A stretch of 64,000 nucleotides of DNA from positions 1,920,001 through 1,984,000 of the forward strand of contig OY970340.1 in the NCBI GenBank assembly GCA_963717465.1, written 5' to 3'. How positions within the stretch are numbered: the first letter of the stretch is position 1; each line of letters begins with the position of its first letter. A program made the translations under genes and the position numbers. This DNA is from Candidatus Bathyarchaeota archaeon (GTDB lineage: Archaea > Thermoproteota > Bathyarchaeia > Bathyarchaeales > Bathycorpusculaceae). The notes below the pieces were generated by a model, which worked only from the letters and a program-made list of their open reading frames with translations, searched no databases and was not told the DNA's origin. Shown in pieces: positions 33,811-43,779 of this stretch.

Positions 33811-34110
33811 GCCTACACGCCTAACACGTACTGCCAACACGCTTTCCATTTCTTCTCTCTCTTATCCCCCTCAAAACACAATTACAATTACATACAATTA
33901 CAATTACAAAAAATTGAGCGTTAATCAGTCGCTCACTCCTTCCTCTACTTCCCTACTATATTCTATTTTTCTCTTCTCTCTTATGCACACACACAACGCG
34001 TATCACGTGTAGTGTATATCACTCGCGCGAATAATTAAGAATAGAGTGTATATACCTAAACCTCTTAAAATGAAAAGGAATTGAATGAATAGAGAATTAA
34101 GGAAGAAATT

Positions 34111-34875
34111 ATGAACTTATCAAATCTTTCAAGAACGGCGGTGAATACTCTCATTTGCCGAGCAGTTGAATCGGAATTGAAAAATTCCAAATTACATGAT
34201 CCTATGGCGGTTCAGATTTTAGAGACGTTGTTATCAATTTCGTCAGAAGAAGACAAGAAATGGATATTAAAGTGGAAAAAGAGGTATGGAAGTTTTTGGT
34301 CTGATGACAGGAGACAAGGTATTGAAAGGGTAAACAAGTTCGATAAGATAACAAAGGACTATATTTCCCAGAATAATAATTGCCATATCGTTAATCTGGG
34401 TTGTGGTCTGGATACCATGTACTGGCGAATCCAATCCGATACGTGCACATATATCGAACTGGATTTACCAGAAATTATTAATCTAAAAAAGGAACTTTTG
34501 GGGAATCAAATTCCCTATGAAATGATCGCATATTCTGTATTAGATACAAACTGGCTTGATACAATAACTGAACCCGGCAGTTCAAATTTTCTATTCATTG
34601 CCCAAGGATTACTCTATTATTTACCCAGAGACGGCGTTATTCATCTTTTTAAAACGATTTCGGAAAAAGTAAACAAATCTGAAATAGTATTTGATTTGAT
34701 GCCTCGCTTTTTAACAAGAGGGTTATTTAAATGGTTAGAGAAATTAGTTTTCGGAATTACGTTCACGTTTAGCGTGAAGAATGAATCCGAAATCGAATCA
34801 TTTGCGAACGGTCTCAAAGTTACATCCTTTGATAAGGCGTTCCCATTTCAATATATTACTGTTAACATAAATTAA
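34111..34875 (+). CDS. Class I SAM-dependent methyltransferase (LCM/TcmP-like)
   Basis: CRAVES…DPMA, IVNLGCGLDT, ELDLPE, AQGLLYYL. Confidence 0.9.
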   Translation: MNLSNLSRTAVNTLICRAVESELKNSKLHDPMAVQILETLLSISSEEDKKWILKWKKRYGSFWSDDRRQGIERVNKFDKITKDYISQNNNCHIVNLGCGLDTMYWRIQSDTCTYIELDLPEIINLKKELLGNQIPYEMIAYSVLDTNWLDTITEPGSSNFLFIAQGLLYYLPRDGVIHLFKTISEKVNKSEIVFDLMPRFLTRGLFKWLEKLVFGITFTFSVKNESEIESFANGLKVTSFDKAFPFQYITVNIN

Positions 34876-34913
34876 ATCCTTATAGTGGACTATATCAATA
34901 GAGTTTAGTTTGT

Positions 34914-34946
34914 GGATGCTCGCGGCGGAAGCCGCGAGTAGTTCCC
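34914..34946 (+). other. GC-rich hairpin between convergent genes; resembles an IS200/IS605 end and may also act as a terminator
   Basis: ggatgCTCGCGGC-GGAA-GCCGCGAGtagttccc. Confidence 0.5.
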
Positions 34947-34952
34947 TTTCTT

Positions 34953-36533
34953 TTAGAACCTAGCCCCAGTTCCTACTTTGTCAACTGCGTAACCACCTAT
35001 CTGTAGTTTTTTGTCCCAGTTGGCTATGATTGCATTCATTCTGTCTGCTACATCTTTTGGTGGTAGTGGAGCAGGAAATTCCTTAACGATCTTGTTGTAC
35101 AAAGCAAATGCGCGGTCATCCATGTTTAACTTGTCTTCAATCCACCGTAAATATTGTCTTGTTTCGTATAGCCCATAACCGTGACGCATGGGATAGAATG
35201 CGTTGTCTAGTAATTTTGGAATGATCGTTTTATCTTTTAGGAAATCCCCCCTGGGACCTTTTGTAAGCCATGTTTCAGCCATAAAGGCATCGGGTGAAAA
35301 GTCGAATTCCTTAAGCTGAACCGCCATATTACGAATCCATTCAGCGGCTATAGCGTAACCCCAGGGATTGATTCCGTTTGGACCTACGGTTGCAGACCAA
35401 AATCCAGTTTGATCAGTACCACTAATCAACGCCAGCAAAAGACTACTAGTATTAATGCCCGCTTGCGTGTCTGACGCGCCCGCTGGACCTCCTATGCTTT
35501 GGCCGGGCCACATGGTCGCCTTTGGTGCACTGTATGTTCGGTGCCAAAAGTTAACATGAAGAGACAAAGCTGTGGTCAGTAAGCCTAATTGTTGGGTGTA
35601 TGGATCCATTGGCATCACTAGGTCATAGGTCATGACGGGGATATGCCCTTTTGCAATTCCATCTTTTCCCAGACCTAAACCAACGATCATTCCTGTGGAT
35701 GAAGCAACGGTTACTGCGTAAGCTCCAGTAATGCTTGAGGGGCCTTGGAAACCAGGTATGCAAACATCCGTGAAATCTATAAGCAGAGGCGTTCCTTTCT
35801 CCCAGCCTTCCAAGACGCCAGTCATTCTGTCACTAGTCTTTTGGCCATAAACTAAGCCTGGTGTGTCTCCATGGTTAGTTATGAACGGTCTCTTACGAAG
35901 CTCTTCAAACCCTCCCAGAACCTCAGCAGCTAACTCAGCGTAACATTCAACATGGTCAATTGCGTCAATGTGCCAAATATGCTTGGTATTGCACTGAATA
36001 TTGCTATTGAGATCATGAGTGTCCACTGGTAAGCCGGCTTCAGCCAAATCCATAGGTAAATACAAGGCACTTGTCATGTCGTACTCGGGGAAGAACTCAA
36101 AAATCTTCTGATCTCTCCAATTGTCTGCATCTGTCGCATCTCGGAATTCAAAAGTTCTTGTAGCTGGATCCCATTTGGAAAACAGAGCCATGACACCAAA
36201 TCCACCACAAAGGGTTCTTCCAGAATTGGCTTCTAAAATACAGTCTTCCTTAGGGTTCCTACCTGGCAGAATGAACAAGCTTGATAATGCATTTATGCCT
36301 TCCACTGCGAGAGATTGCGGTATCATAACAGTGCCTTTCTTCTCGTCAACAATAGTGCAGCCTAAATCCTTGTAGATTTTTTGTAGCTTAGGAGTGACGC
36401 CGCCTATTCCAACTTTTTCTAATAGAAACATTGCATTCTCATGAATTTTCATGAGCTCCTCTTTAGTGGCTATCGGAGGAGTAAACCTTGTAGATGCACG
36501 TATTCCATATCTCATTTTTTTTTTACTTCCCAT
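34953..36533 (-). CDS. Divergent trimethylamine methyltransferase (MttB) family protein, non-pyrrolysine
   Basis: KIHENAMFLLEKVG, LPGRNPKED, LGGFEELRKRP, GPSSITG, GPRGDFL; 526 aa with no internal amber codon. Confidence 0.75.
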   Translation of the reverse strand: MGSKKKMRYGIRASTRFTPPIATKEELMKIHENAMFLLEKVGIGGVTPKLQKIYKDLGCTIVDEKKGTVMIPQSLAVEGINALSSLFILPGRNPKEDCILEANSGRTLCGGFGVMALFSKWDPATRTFEFRDATDADNWRDQKIFEFFPEYDMTSALYLPMDLAEAGLPVDTHDLNSNIQCNTKHIWHIDAIDHVECYAELAAEVLGGFEELRKRPFITNHGDTPGLVYGQKTSDRMTGVLEGWEKGTPLLIDFTDVCIPGFQGPSSITGAYAVTVASSTGMIVGLGLGKDGIAKGHIPVMTYDLVMPMDPYTQQLGLLTTALSLHVNFWHRTYSAPKATMWPGQSIGGPAGASDTQAGINTSSLLLALISGTDQTGFWSATVGPNGINPWGYAIAAEWIRNMAVQLKEFDFSPDAFMAETWLTKGPRGDFLKDKTIIPKLLDNAFYPMRHGYGLYETRQYLRWIEDKLNMDDRAFALYNKIVKEFPAPLPPKDVADRMNAIIANWDKKLQIGGYAVDKVGTGARF

Positions 36534-36728
36534 CTTTTTATGTGCCTTCTAGCACACAATTGAATATGCGCGCTAGCGCATTTAAGATTAGATTACAAAC
36601 CAGCGTAATTTTTTCCATAAAATCGTGAAATTTGTCGTAAATATTACTAAGAATTGCATCATTCACATATTATTTTAGCACAACGTTAACAAATTTTCTC
36701 AATTGAAACGTTCGTTGGGTTGTATGTG

Positions 36729-36745
36729 GGATTAAAATTTAATCT
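36729..36745. repeat. 17-bp palindrome copy (GGATTAAA-A-TTTAATCT)
   Basis: 16/17 match; right flank aaccaaccaac is the reverse complement of the GGTTGGTT left flanks of the other copies. Confidence 0.8.
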
Positions 36746-36949
36746 AACCAACCAACAACAGACAAATAAATAAAAATAAAAAAAGCACTCCCTCACAAAC
36801 TCAAACTAGCACTTGCTCTCACTCACTCTCTCATGCTAACAAACAAACGAGTTTTTTCTTATCCGTTGTTGTATTTCATGGATTCTTGCCATGACTTGAA
36901 ATCGACATAAACGATCCCCGAGCTTTTTGTTTGTATAAATTTGAAAAAA

Positions 36950-37141
36950 TTATGGCGAACTTGGTTTAGTTGGTTTGGGTTCTGCTTCTCTGACTGCTTT
37001 TACTAATGCAGTTGCTGCATAGATAGCGCCGATTAAACCGACCGTAAAGAACAAGATGGTACCAATAATTTGCAGGAGTGTCCATGCAACTAAGCTACCA
37101 ACTGGCGTAGTTAGCCACGGTGCAACTGCACCAACGAACAC
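36950..37141 (-). CDS. Small membrane protein (5' end possibly disrupted)
   Basis: Hydrophobic helices; in-frame TAG shortly upstream. Confidence 0.45.
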   Translation of the reverse strand: MFVGAVAPWLTTPVGSLVAWTLLQIIGTILFFTVGLIGAIYAATALVKAVREAEPKPTKPSSP

Positions 37142-37467
37142 TACAATGTACAGAGCCAGATAAACAACAGATACCCGATTCTAATCATTCAGTTTCACAT
37201 CTTATTTTGGAGTATTGCTGCGATAGTTTTGGTATGAGCTACTTGATCTATGTTTTACCACTCCAATTAACATCCAATTAACAAAATAAAGAAATTATAA
37301 AAGAATTTTGACAAGATACTTCTTGAAATGTACCATCCCTTAGCAACTTGCCCAATATCCTGGTTATTTTGACTGTGAAAGTGTACATTTTAAACATCGG
37401 ATTGTGGGCATAATTGAGAATAAATCTTAAATAAAATAAGGCTCAACAGACTTTGTTGGCGAAAATG

Positions 37468-37578
37468 TGGTGGGGCTGCCCGGATTTGAACCGGGGTCTA
37501 TAGCGTTCTCTGCAAGGCTCGCATCCTGTAGCCAAGCGCCCGAGGCTACAAGCCTGGACCAAACTAGCCGACAGCCCC
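37468..37578 (-). tRNA. tRNA-Pro(CGG) with 33-nt intron at 37/38 (37506-37538) and encoded CCA
   Basis: GGGGCTG/CAGCCCC acceptor, GTAGC-CT-CGG-G|intron|C-GCTAT anticodon arm, CCCGG-TTCAAAT-CCGGG T-arm. Confidence 0.95.
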
Positions 37579-37756
37579 AAATAATTTGTTACTTTTTTGC
37601 TGAGGTGTTAGAGTAAACACTGTTTAGGCATTAAACCTTAACGGTTGACTAAATAACAAAGATTGAAAACTGGGCTGGCTTGCCTTCCGTTCCAAACGCT
37701 GACTATCACTATGACTGTTTTCCTTACGAGTTGCTTGACCTTGGATCATTAGTTGC

Positions 37757-38518
37757 CTATGCATTAGAATCGTTTGAGTTTGAGTCCACACTTGTACGCT
37801 CAGCGTCATTAAACGGCGTACTCAAAACCTCTTTGACTTTGTTGGTAATCACTGGTCCAAGTCCATGCACTACTTTGGGCCAGTCAGCGATGTTGATGAG
37901 CGCATTTAGAGGCGTTTGGTAGGCTTCAAGAATAGCTTTCGCTTTTTCGCTGCCGACGTTTGGCAAACTGGCTACTAAGTAAATTTGGGCGTCGGCTAAA
38001 GTTTCGCATTTTTTGAAAGCATGCACTGTGGGAAAACGCTTTTCAGTAATCTGCTCTTGTCTAGCGGCTACGTAAAGAAAATCGATTGTTTCTTTGTAAG
38101 ATGCAGTATTAACTAGTGAAATCCCGTTTTTTGCTAAGTTAAACATTGCACCCCAAACAGCTGCAGGCTGAATATTGCTGAACTTATAAACGATTGGCAA
38201 ATACCCTTCCAAAATCATAAGTGATTTTGGGTAGGCTTCTTTGAGCTGAAATATCTGCTCAAAAAGGTACCTTCTAGTAAGTGTATAAACAAAATCCTGA
38301 ACTGTTTTTCGCTCAACTGCGCACTGGTCTGAGAGAATATAGTCGCCTTTTTCTAACTTTTCAGTTTTAATCTTTACTCCACGCTCAACTAATCCAATAA
38401 CAATTTTAGAGGCGGAGTTAGCTTCACGACTATCCACAATTATTGATAGTTCTTCCTCAGTGTTTTTTTTGCCTTTTACGTATGGCAGTAACGTATCTGA
38501 GCCTGACAAAGCATTCAA
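37757..38518 (-). CDS. xpf: Short XPF/ERCC4 structure-specific endonuclease
   Basis: IIVDSRE, GDY, VERKT, C-terminal HhH (LPNVG…GLG). Confidence 0.9.
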   Translation of the reverse strand: MNALSGSDTLLPYVKGKKNTEEELSIIVDSREANSASKIVIGLVERGVKIKTEKLEKGDYILSDQCAVERKTVQDFVYTLTRRYLFEQIFQLKEAYPKSLMILEGYLPIVYKFSNIQPAAVWGAMFNLAKNGISLVNTASYKETIDFLYVAARQEQITEKRFPTVHAFKKCETLADAQIYLVASLPNVGSEKAKAILEAYQTPLNALINIADWPKVVHGLGPVITNKVKEVLSTPFNDAERTSVDSNSNDSNA

Positions 38519-38882
38519 CTCAAAATACGTAACCTTGCCTTCGCTATATTTTATTTACGCTCAAAAAACAATTCCAGCAACTTTACACTTGAGCGTATTT
38601 TCTAAAAAAGTTTATTCGTATCTTTTTAGAAACAAAGGTTTGCCAGCTTCCTTGCGTCTTTCCTTTAACGGCACGTCCCGCAAAGAGATAACTGCCACAT
38701 CATAATTTGAAAATTCAACAAAATTTTTTAATTCTTTTTTATTAACCATCAATTTTTCCCTTTGCTAAAACTAAACAAATTCAGCATAAAATATTAGCAA
38801 TTGTGATTGTACTATTACAACAACTAAAATTATCGATTATAATAAAAAATGGTTGCAAAAATCAAAAAATAGAACAGGGTTT

Positions 38883-40208
38883 TTATGGACCCTTTTTGGT
38901 AATTTCTTTAACTGCACCAGCTGCGACTGTGGTGCCCATGTCTCTAATCGCAAATCGCCCGAGTTCTGGAAAATCAGTGAAAGTTTCGATTGCAATCGGG
39001 TGAAGTGGCTCCATTCTTACCCAAGCTGCATCTCCAGTCTTTAGGAAACTAGGATGCTCTTCAGTGACTTGACCTGTTCGCGGATCAATCTTCTTGACGA
39101 GTTCAGTGAACCTGCATGCAATTTGACCTGTGTGGTAGTGTAGAACTGGAGTGTAGCCTGCTGCAATTGCTGTCGGATGATAAATGACAATTATTTGGCC
39201 TATGAATTCTTTTGCAACTGTTGGCGGATTATCGGTTGGTCCAGCAACGTCCCCACGGTGTACGTCAGTCTTTGAAATGCCTCTAACGTTCATTCCAATG
39301 TTGTCACCTGGTTCAGCCTGTGGAATTGCAGTGTGATGCATTTCTATAGATTTGACTTCAGCTGTCTTGTTAGAAGGCATGAATATAACGTTTTGACCTG
39401 GTTTTAGAATGCCTGTTTCAACTCGTCCTACTGGAACTGTTCCGATTCCAGTGATGCTGTAAATGTCCTGAATTGGAACACGTAATGGCTTGTTTGTTGG
39501 TTTAGCAGGTATTTCTAACAGATCTAAAGAGTCAATTAAAGTTGGACCAGTGTACCAAGGTAACTTATCGCTTTTCTTAGTCAAGTTGTCGCCTGTCCAG
39601 CCTGAAACTGGAATAAAGTTTATCTTTTCAACCTTAAAGCCTACCATTTTGAGCATACGTGAAACTTCATTCTTTATTTCTTCATACCTGTCTTTGCTCC
39701 AGTTAACAGATACGTCATCCATTTTGTTAACTGCAACAATCAATTGCCTAATGCCTAACGTGAATGCAAGAAACGCGTGCTCGCGTGTTTGACCTCCAGG
39801 GCCAATTCCCGCTTCAAACTCGCCTTTTTTAGCCGAACAGAAAAGCACAGCAGCATCAGCTTGGCTTGCACCCGTAATCATGTTCTTAACGAAGTCCCTG
39901 TGACCAGGCGCATCGATTACTGTATAATTGAATTTCTTTGTTTGGAATTGCAGGAAACGTAAGTCAATTGTAACTCCTCTTTCTCGTTCTTCTTTCAAGT
40001 TGTCAAGTACCCAAGCATACTTGAACGTGCCTTTACCCATTTTTTCAGCTTCTTCTTGATAAGCTTTGATTGTTCTTTCATCGATTGCACCTGCTAAGTA
40101 AAGTAGATGTCCTGTTGTTGTGGATTTTCCGTGGTCAACGTGCCCCATGATAATAAGATTTAAATGGGGTTTCTCGCTTTTGCTCATTTTTTCTTCCTCA
40201 TTATTCAA
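38883..40208 (-). CDS. tuf: Translation elongation factor EF-1alpha
   Basis: [38 protein letters not shown]. Confidence 0.99.
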   Translation of the reverse strand: MNNEEEKMSKSEKPHLNLIIMGHVDHGKSTTTGHLLYLAGAIDERTIKAYQEEAEKMGKGTFKYAWVLDNLKEERERGVTIDLRFLQFQTKKFNYTVIDAPGHRDFVKNMITGASQADAAVLFCSAKKGEFEAGIGPGGQTREHAFLAFTLGIRQLIVAVNKMDDVSVNWSKDRYEEIKNEVSRMLKMVGFKVEKINFIPVSGWTGDNLTKKSDKLPWYTGPTLIDSLDLLEIPAKPTNKPLRVPIQDIYSITGIGTVPVGRVETGILKPGQNVIFMPSNKTAEVKSIEMHHTAIPQAEPGDNIGMNVRGISKTDVHRGDVAGPTDNPPTVAKEFIGQIIVIYHPTAIAAGYTPVLHYHTGQIACRFTELVKKIDPRTGQVTEEHPSFLKTGDAAWVRMEPLHPIAIETFTDFPELGRFAIRDMGTTVAAGAVKEITKKGP

Positions 40209-40880
40209 TTTACTTTAAATTTTAGTGAATTCGTTAACACATCAGTTCGACCAATTATTTTAAGTTTACTAATATAATTCTACGTTTACTAACTAGCACT
40301 CTAGACACCCCAAACCGTCTTGGCCGATTGAAAAGGGAAATATACTATCTTTCCGCGGACACAATCGATAATACTGGAAGTTTGCTACTTGTACAGTTTG
40401 ACGCATAAAGTTTTTCGGTCCTTTCTTCAACTCACATTTGGAAAATAGCTTACTAGCGGTTCTAACTATTTGGGCTTCTTAATCAACTTGACTAAAAATG
40501 ATGTCCACAATTTTGAGTATCAAATTTTGAACCGAGTTCAAGTTGTTAAGGCCTTAAACTATCAGCTAAACAATAGAATTGCGTTGATGGCATGCAGAGT
40601 TTTGGGGGCTGAGGTGAGGAGAAGAAAAATTGAGACTCTTTTCTTTTAGGACAAGGAAGTAAACCGTCAGCCTTACCCACTCTACGTGTCACCAGCTTTA
40701 TTTTTATTGTTGTATTGTGGTAATGTTGCCACATAAGCTTTAGTTACTCTTGTTTAGTTTATAAGTTTTATGGTAGATTTGTGATACTGGTGCTGTAAAA
40801 GTGTAGCTATAATTATTGTTGTCTTTTTAACATTTTCCTGATTCAATTACCCATAAATTTTTTATGGCAAACATGCCATA

Positions 40881-41324
40881 ATGCTCAATATACATGCTAT
40901 CATAGAAGGGAGAAGCAAGATATCGAAGGGCGCAAAGGAAATAAAAGATTTTCGCGGAGTCAGCCTGAAGCGTGAATTGGTTGAGCAGGTCGAACGTTTC
41001 GTAGTGGAGCATCCTGAGTACAAGAATATCGCTGACTTTGTACACGAGGCTGTACGCGTTAGGATGGAAGAAATTAGAAAAAGTTATCCCGTCGCCTTGC
41101 CCCGTTTTGAATATTTCATAGATTCAGAGCATAATGAAGTGCGAGTTACTGACCGCAAAATCAACCGGCAAACAGACATCTACTTCACAATCCAAGGAAT
41201 ATACTGCGAACTGGACAAGACTAACGATTGCCAGCATATCCAATACATCCTAACAATTCCAGAAATCCAAGAAATCATAAAGAAAAAACGAAAAGAAGGC
41301 TGGCAAAAACTACCCGACATCTAA
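40881..41324 (+). CDS. Ribbon-helix-helix protein with C-terminal Cys/His domain
   Basis: GVSLKRELVEQVERF…NIADFVHEAVR; CELDKTNDCQH. Confidence 0.65.
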   Translation: MLNIHAIIEGRSKISKGAKEIKDFRGVSLKRELVEQVERFVVEHPEYKNIADFVHEAVRVRMEEIRKSYPVALPRFEYFIDSEHNEVRVTDRKINRQTDIYFTIQGIYCELDKTNDCQHIQYILTIPEIQEIIKKKRKEGWQKLPDI

Positions 41325-41355
41325 ATTACAAAAATATTCAGCAAAGTTTGAATGG

Positions 41356-41676
41356 CTAACTTAGTTTCTTTCCGCATTTAAAGCAGAAACTGTCCCCTGC
41401 ATAATTTTTTTCGCCGCAACTTGGGCAGATAACTATTCCTCTTTGGGAAGCTTTCTTTATTTCCTCTTTTGCTTTGTCGAAAGCTTTTTTCATTTCATTT
41501 GAAATTTCTATAAAATCTTGTTCTAACTGCTTGCCTAGTTCCTCAAACATGTCTCTATAAGGCACAGATACGTTATCTTGAGCGCCTCGTGCTGTTTTTA
41601 CACCGCATTTTGGACAAAAATACGCGTTTTCAGGAAGTTCATTACCGCATTTAGAACAATAGACCATGCATACCAC
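41356..41676 (-). CDS. Double zinc-ribbon protein
   Basis: CSKCG…CPKCG and CPSCG…CFKCG. Confidence 0.85.
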   Translation of the reverse strand: MVCMVYCSKCGNELPENAYFCPKCGVKTARGAQDNVSVPYRDMFEELGKQLEQDFIEISNEMKKAFDKAKEEIKKASQRGIVICPSCGEKNYAGDSFCFKCGKKLS

Positions 41677-41886
41677 TTTAATCTTACATGTTCAATAATC
41701 AAAGTTTTACTTAAACAATTTCTTTCAAAAAATTGATTTCAATCGTGTTTACTCGATACGTGGGGCCAATCTACGGTGAACTGCCGTTTTCCTTTTATTT
41801 AGATTTATTCGCATTCAAAGTTTAGCAAAAAGAATCCTAATATTTAAAGAAGACTATGTTATCTTAATGTAAATGAAAAGTGATAG

Positions 41887-42135
41887 ATGACGGCTAGTCG
41901 AAAAATTTTGGTAATCAAAGTTATAGGTCAAGCCTTGTTTTTATACGGCTTTTTAGCTTGGCTTTACGGAGTATTGATTAATCTTTTTTACCCTGATTGG
42001 CTTTCATTACAAGTATCGCATCTTACATCTTGGCTCAGAACCGACACTTTTACAATCTTAGCTTTTTTTGCTAGCGGACTTGGCTTCTTAATTTGGAGAT
42101 TAACAGCCGAGTTAACAAAACCCAACAAGGACTAA
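41887..42135 (+). CDS. Small membrane protein
   Basis: Two TM helices. Confidence 0.65.
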   Translation: MTASRKILVIKVIGQALFLYGFLAWLYGVLINLFYPDWLSLQVSHLTSWLRTDTFTILAFFASGLGFLIWRLTAELTKPNKD

Positions 42136-42386
42136 AATATCATCGGACAAAAGCTTGCTTCTGACTACTTGACCGAACACTAAACGTTTCACTTTCGCTT
42201 AAAACTGCTCATGATTTTTTGGCTTAATGGAAAATTTGGCAAAGATGAGATAACTACGTTTTTGCTTTTTAGACTCTCAACTTTCTTTTGAACCATTTTT
42301 CTTTTTATACTTAGATCAGATCACTAAAAGCAAGAAGGCTACTAGCCAGCTGCTTTTTATCAAAATATTCGCGGTGTGCATCATTT

Positions 42387-43583
42387 TTAGAGCAAAGAGG
42401 TAAGTCCAAGTATTCCACATGCAACTATGATGAGAGCAGCTGCCCAGTAAGCGATTTTTTCATTCTTTTTGTATTGAAGTCCATTCATGACGTCGCTTCG
42501 GCCTACAAGCTTGCCCAAGAAGTACAAGGAAGGTATAATGACTATTGGAAAGATGAACATCATGCTAAGCATCAGTTGAATGTAGCCGCTAATAGTTCCT
42601 ACTAAAATGACGGCTGGAACACTTTCTAAAGCATAAATTGTTAAGAAACTTTTTCTTGAATTTTGTTGCCCTGCGGCTTCGAGAACTCCCCACACTGAGC
42701 CGAGTGATACTACTATAAGGGCTAGAAATCCTGCGAAGATAAAAATCAATCCGATTATCAGTGAGGCATAGTTGCCAAAAACTGGCAGTATTTTTGGAAG
42801 GTCTCCGATGCTGATTATGCTGCTTCCACTCCACACGTTTAAGCCGACTATAACAGTTATGATCATGAGGATTTCTGAAACTACTGCTCCAATTAACGTT
42901 TCGATTCGTTCATTTTTCAAGTCGCTGACTTGTTTGTGTTTTCTGGAGTCTGCGCCTGAGTGGAAATACAGCATCCAGGGCATCACGACTGCGCCTACAC
43001 CGGCTGCCAGTAGGTAGGCATAAGATGGGTTGCCGTAGGGTTGTATGGGTGAAAGGCCTGTGAAAATAAACGCGTTCGCGTCTAAGTGGAAGACCAATAT
43101 GGAGCTGACTATTGCTATTACTAGCAAGAAGCTTAATGGTATAAGCACTTTTTCTGCTTGTCTATACTGTCTGCCCACTACGATTGACGTGTGAATTGCG
43201 AACGCAATCATTAATCCTAAAATTACAGGAAATCCTATGAGGCTTAGACCTATTGCTATGCCTGCATACTCGGCGATGTACTCCAAAAAATCGCTTACAC
43301 CCATTGGGATTGCAGCTGTTATTGCTGCTCGTTTTCCGAAGTTTTTTCTGATTTGTTGTCCTAGTCCTCCGCCTGAAGCTATCCCCAGGCGTCCTGCGGC
43401 GTCTTGGATGATGAAAAGTGGGAAAATGAGTATTATGAATATGGAGATCATGTGGTAACCCCACGTTGCGCCAGATTGGAGGCCAGTTATGACTGAGGCT
43501 ACATCTACGTCTGCTATCATAACGATCCATGCTGGACCGAAATTTCTTAGCCAATCAGCCATTTTCTGGTTCATTCTCTTCAC
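42387..43583 (-). CDS. NRAMP-family divalent metal transporter
   Basis: GPAWIVMIADVD, GAVVMPWMLYFHS, about 11 TM helices. Confidence 0.9.
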   Translation of the reverse strand: MKRMNQKMADWLRNFGPAWIVMIADVDVASVITGLQSGATWGYHMISIFIILIFPLFIIQDAAGRLGIASGGGLGQQIRKNFGKRAAITAAIPMGVSDFLEYIAEYAGIAIGLSLIGFPVILGLMIAFAIHTSIVVGRQYRQAEKVLIPLSFLLVIAIVSSILVFHLDANAFIFTGLSPIQPYGNPSYAYLLAAGVGAVVMPWMLYFHSGADSRKHKQVSDLKNERIETLIGAVVSEILMIITVIVGLNVWSGSSIISIGDLPKILPVFGNYASLIIGLIFIFAGFLALIVVSLGSVWGVLEAAGQQNSRKSFLTIYALESVPAVILVGTISGYIQLMLSMMFIFPIVIIPSLYFLGKLVGRSDVMNGLQYKKNEKIAYWAAALIIVACGILGLTSLL

Positions 43584-43638
43584 ACTTAGGTTTACCTAAG
43601 TTAGTTACTAAGAATATTAACATTTAGGCTAACCTAAA
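43584..43638. promoter_or_regulatory. Two DtxR/MntR-type operators flanking the NRAMP TATA box
   Basis: ACTTAGG-TTTA-CCTAAGT (43584-43601) and TTTAGG-CTAA-CCTAAA (43623-43638). Confidence 0.8.
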
Positions 43639-43779
43639 CTATTTTCATCATCAAAAATCCAAAACCGAAGAAAAAACAAAACGATATCACTAGAATCCTC
43701 AATAACAATAAAAAAATCAATTTATTAATATGCAAATTTATAAGACAAGACGAGAATCTAAGAATAGGTAGCTATAATC

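Noticed and set aside
33749..34012. 87-aa ORF across the palindrome
   Set aside because: Low-complexity skewed DNA with no protein-like features.
17592..36745. Palindrome copies as a CRISPR array or Xer dif sites
   Set aside because: Spacing is 0.8-10 kb with genes between, no cas genes are present, and the arms are separated by 1 nt rather than 6.
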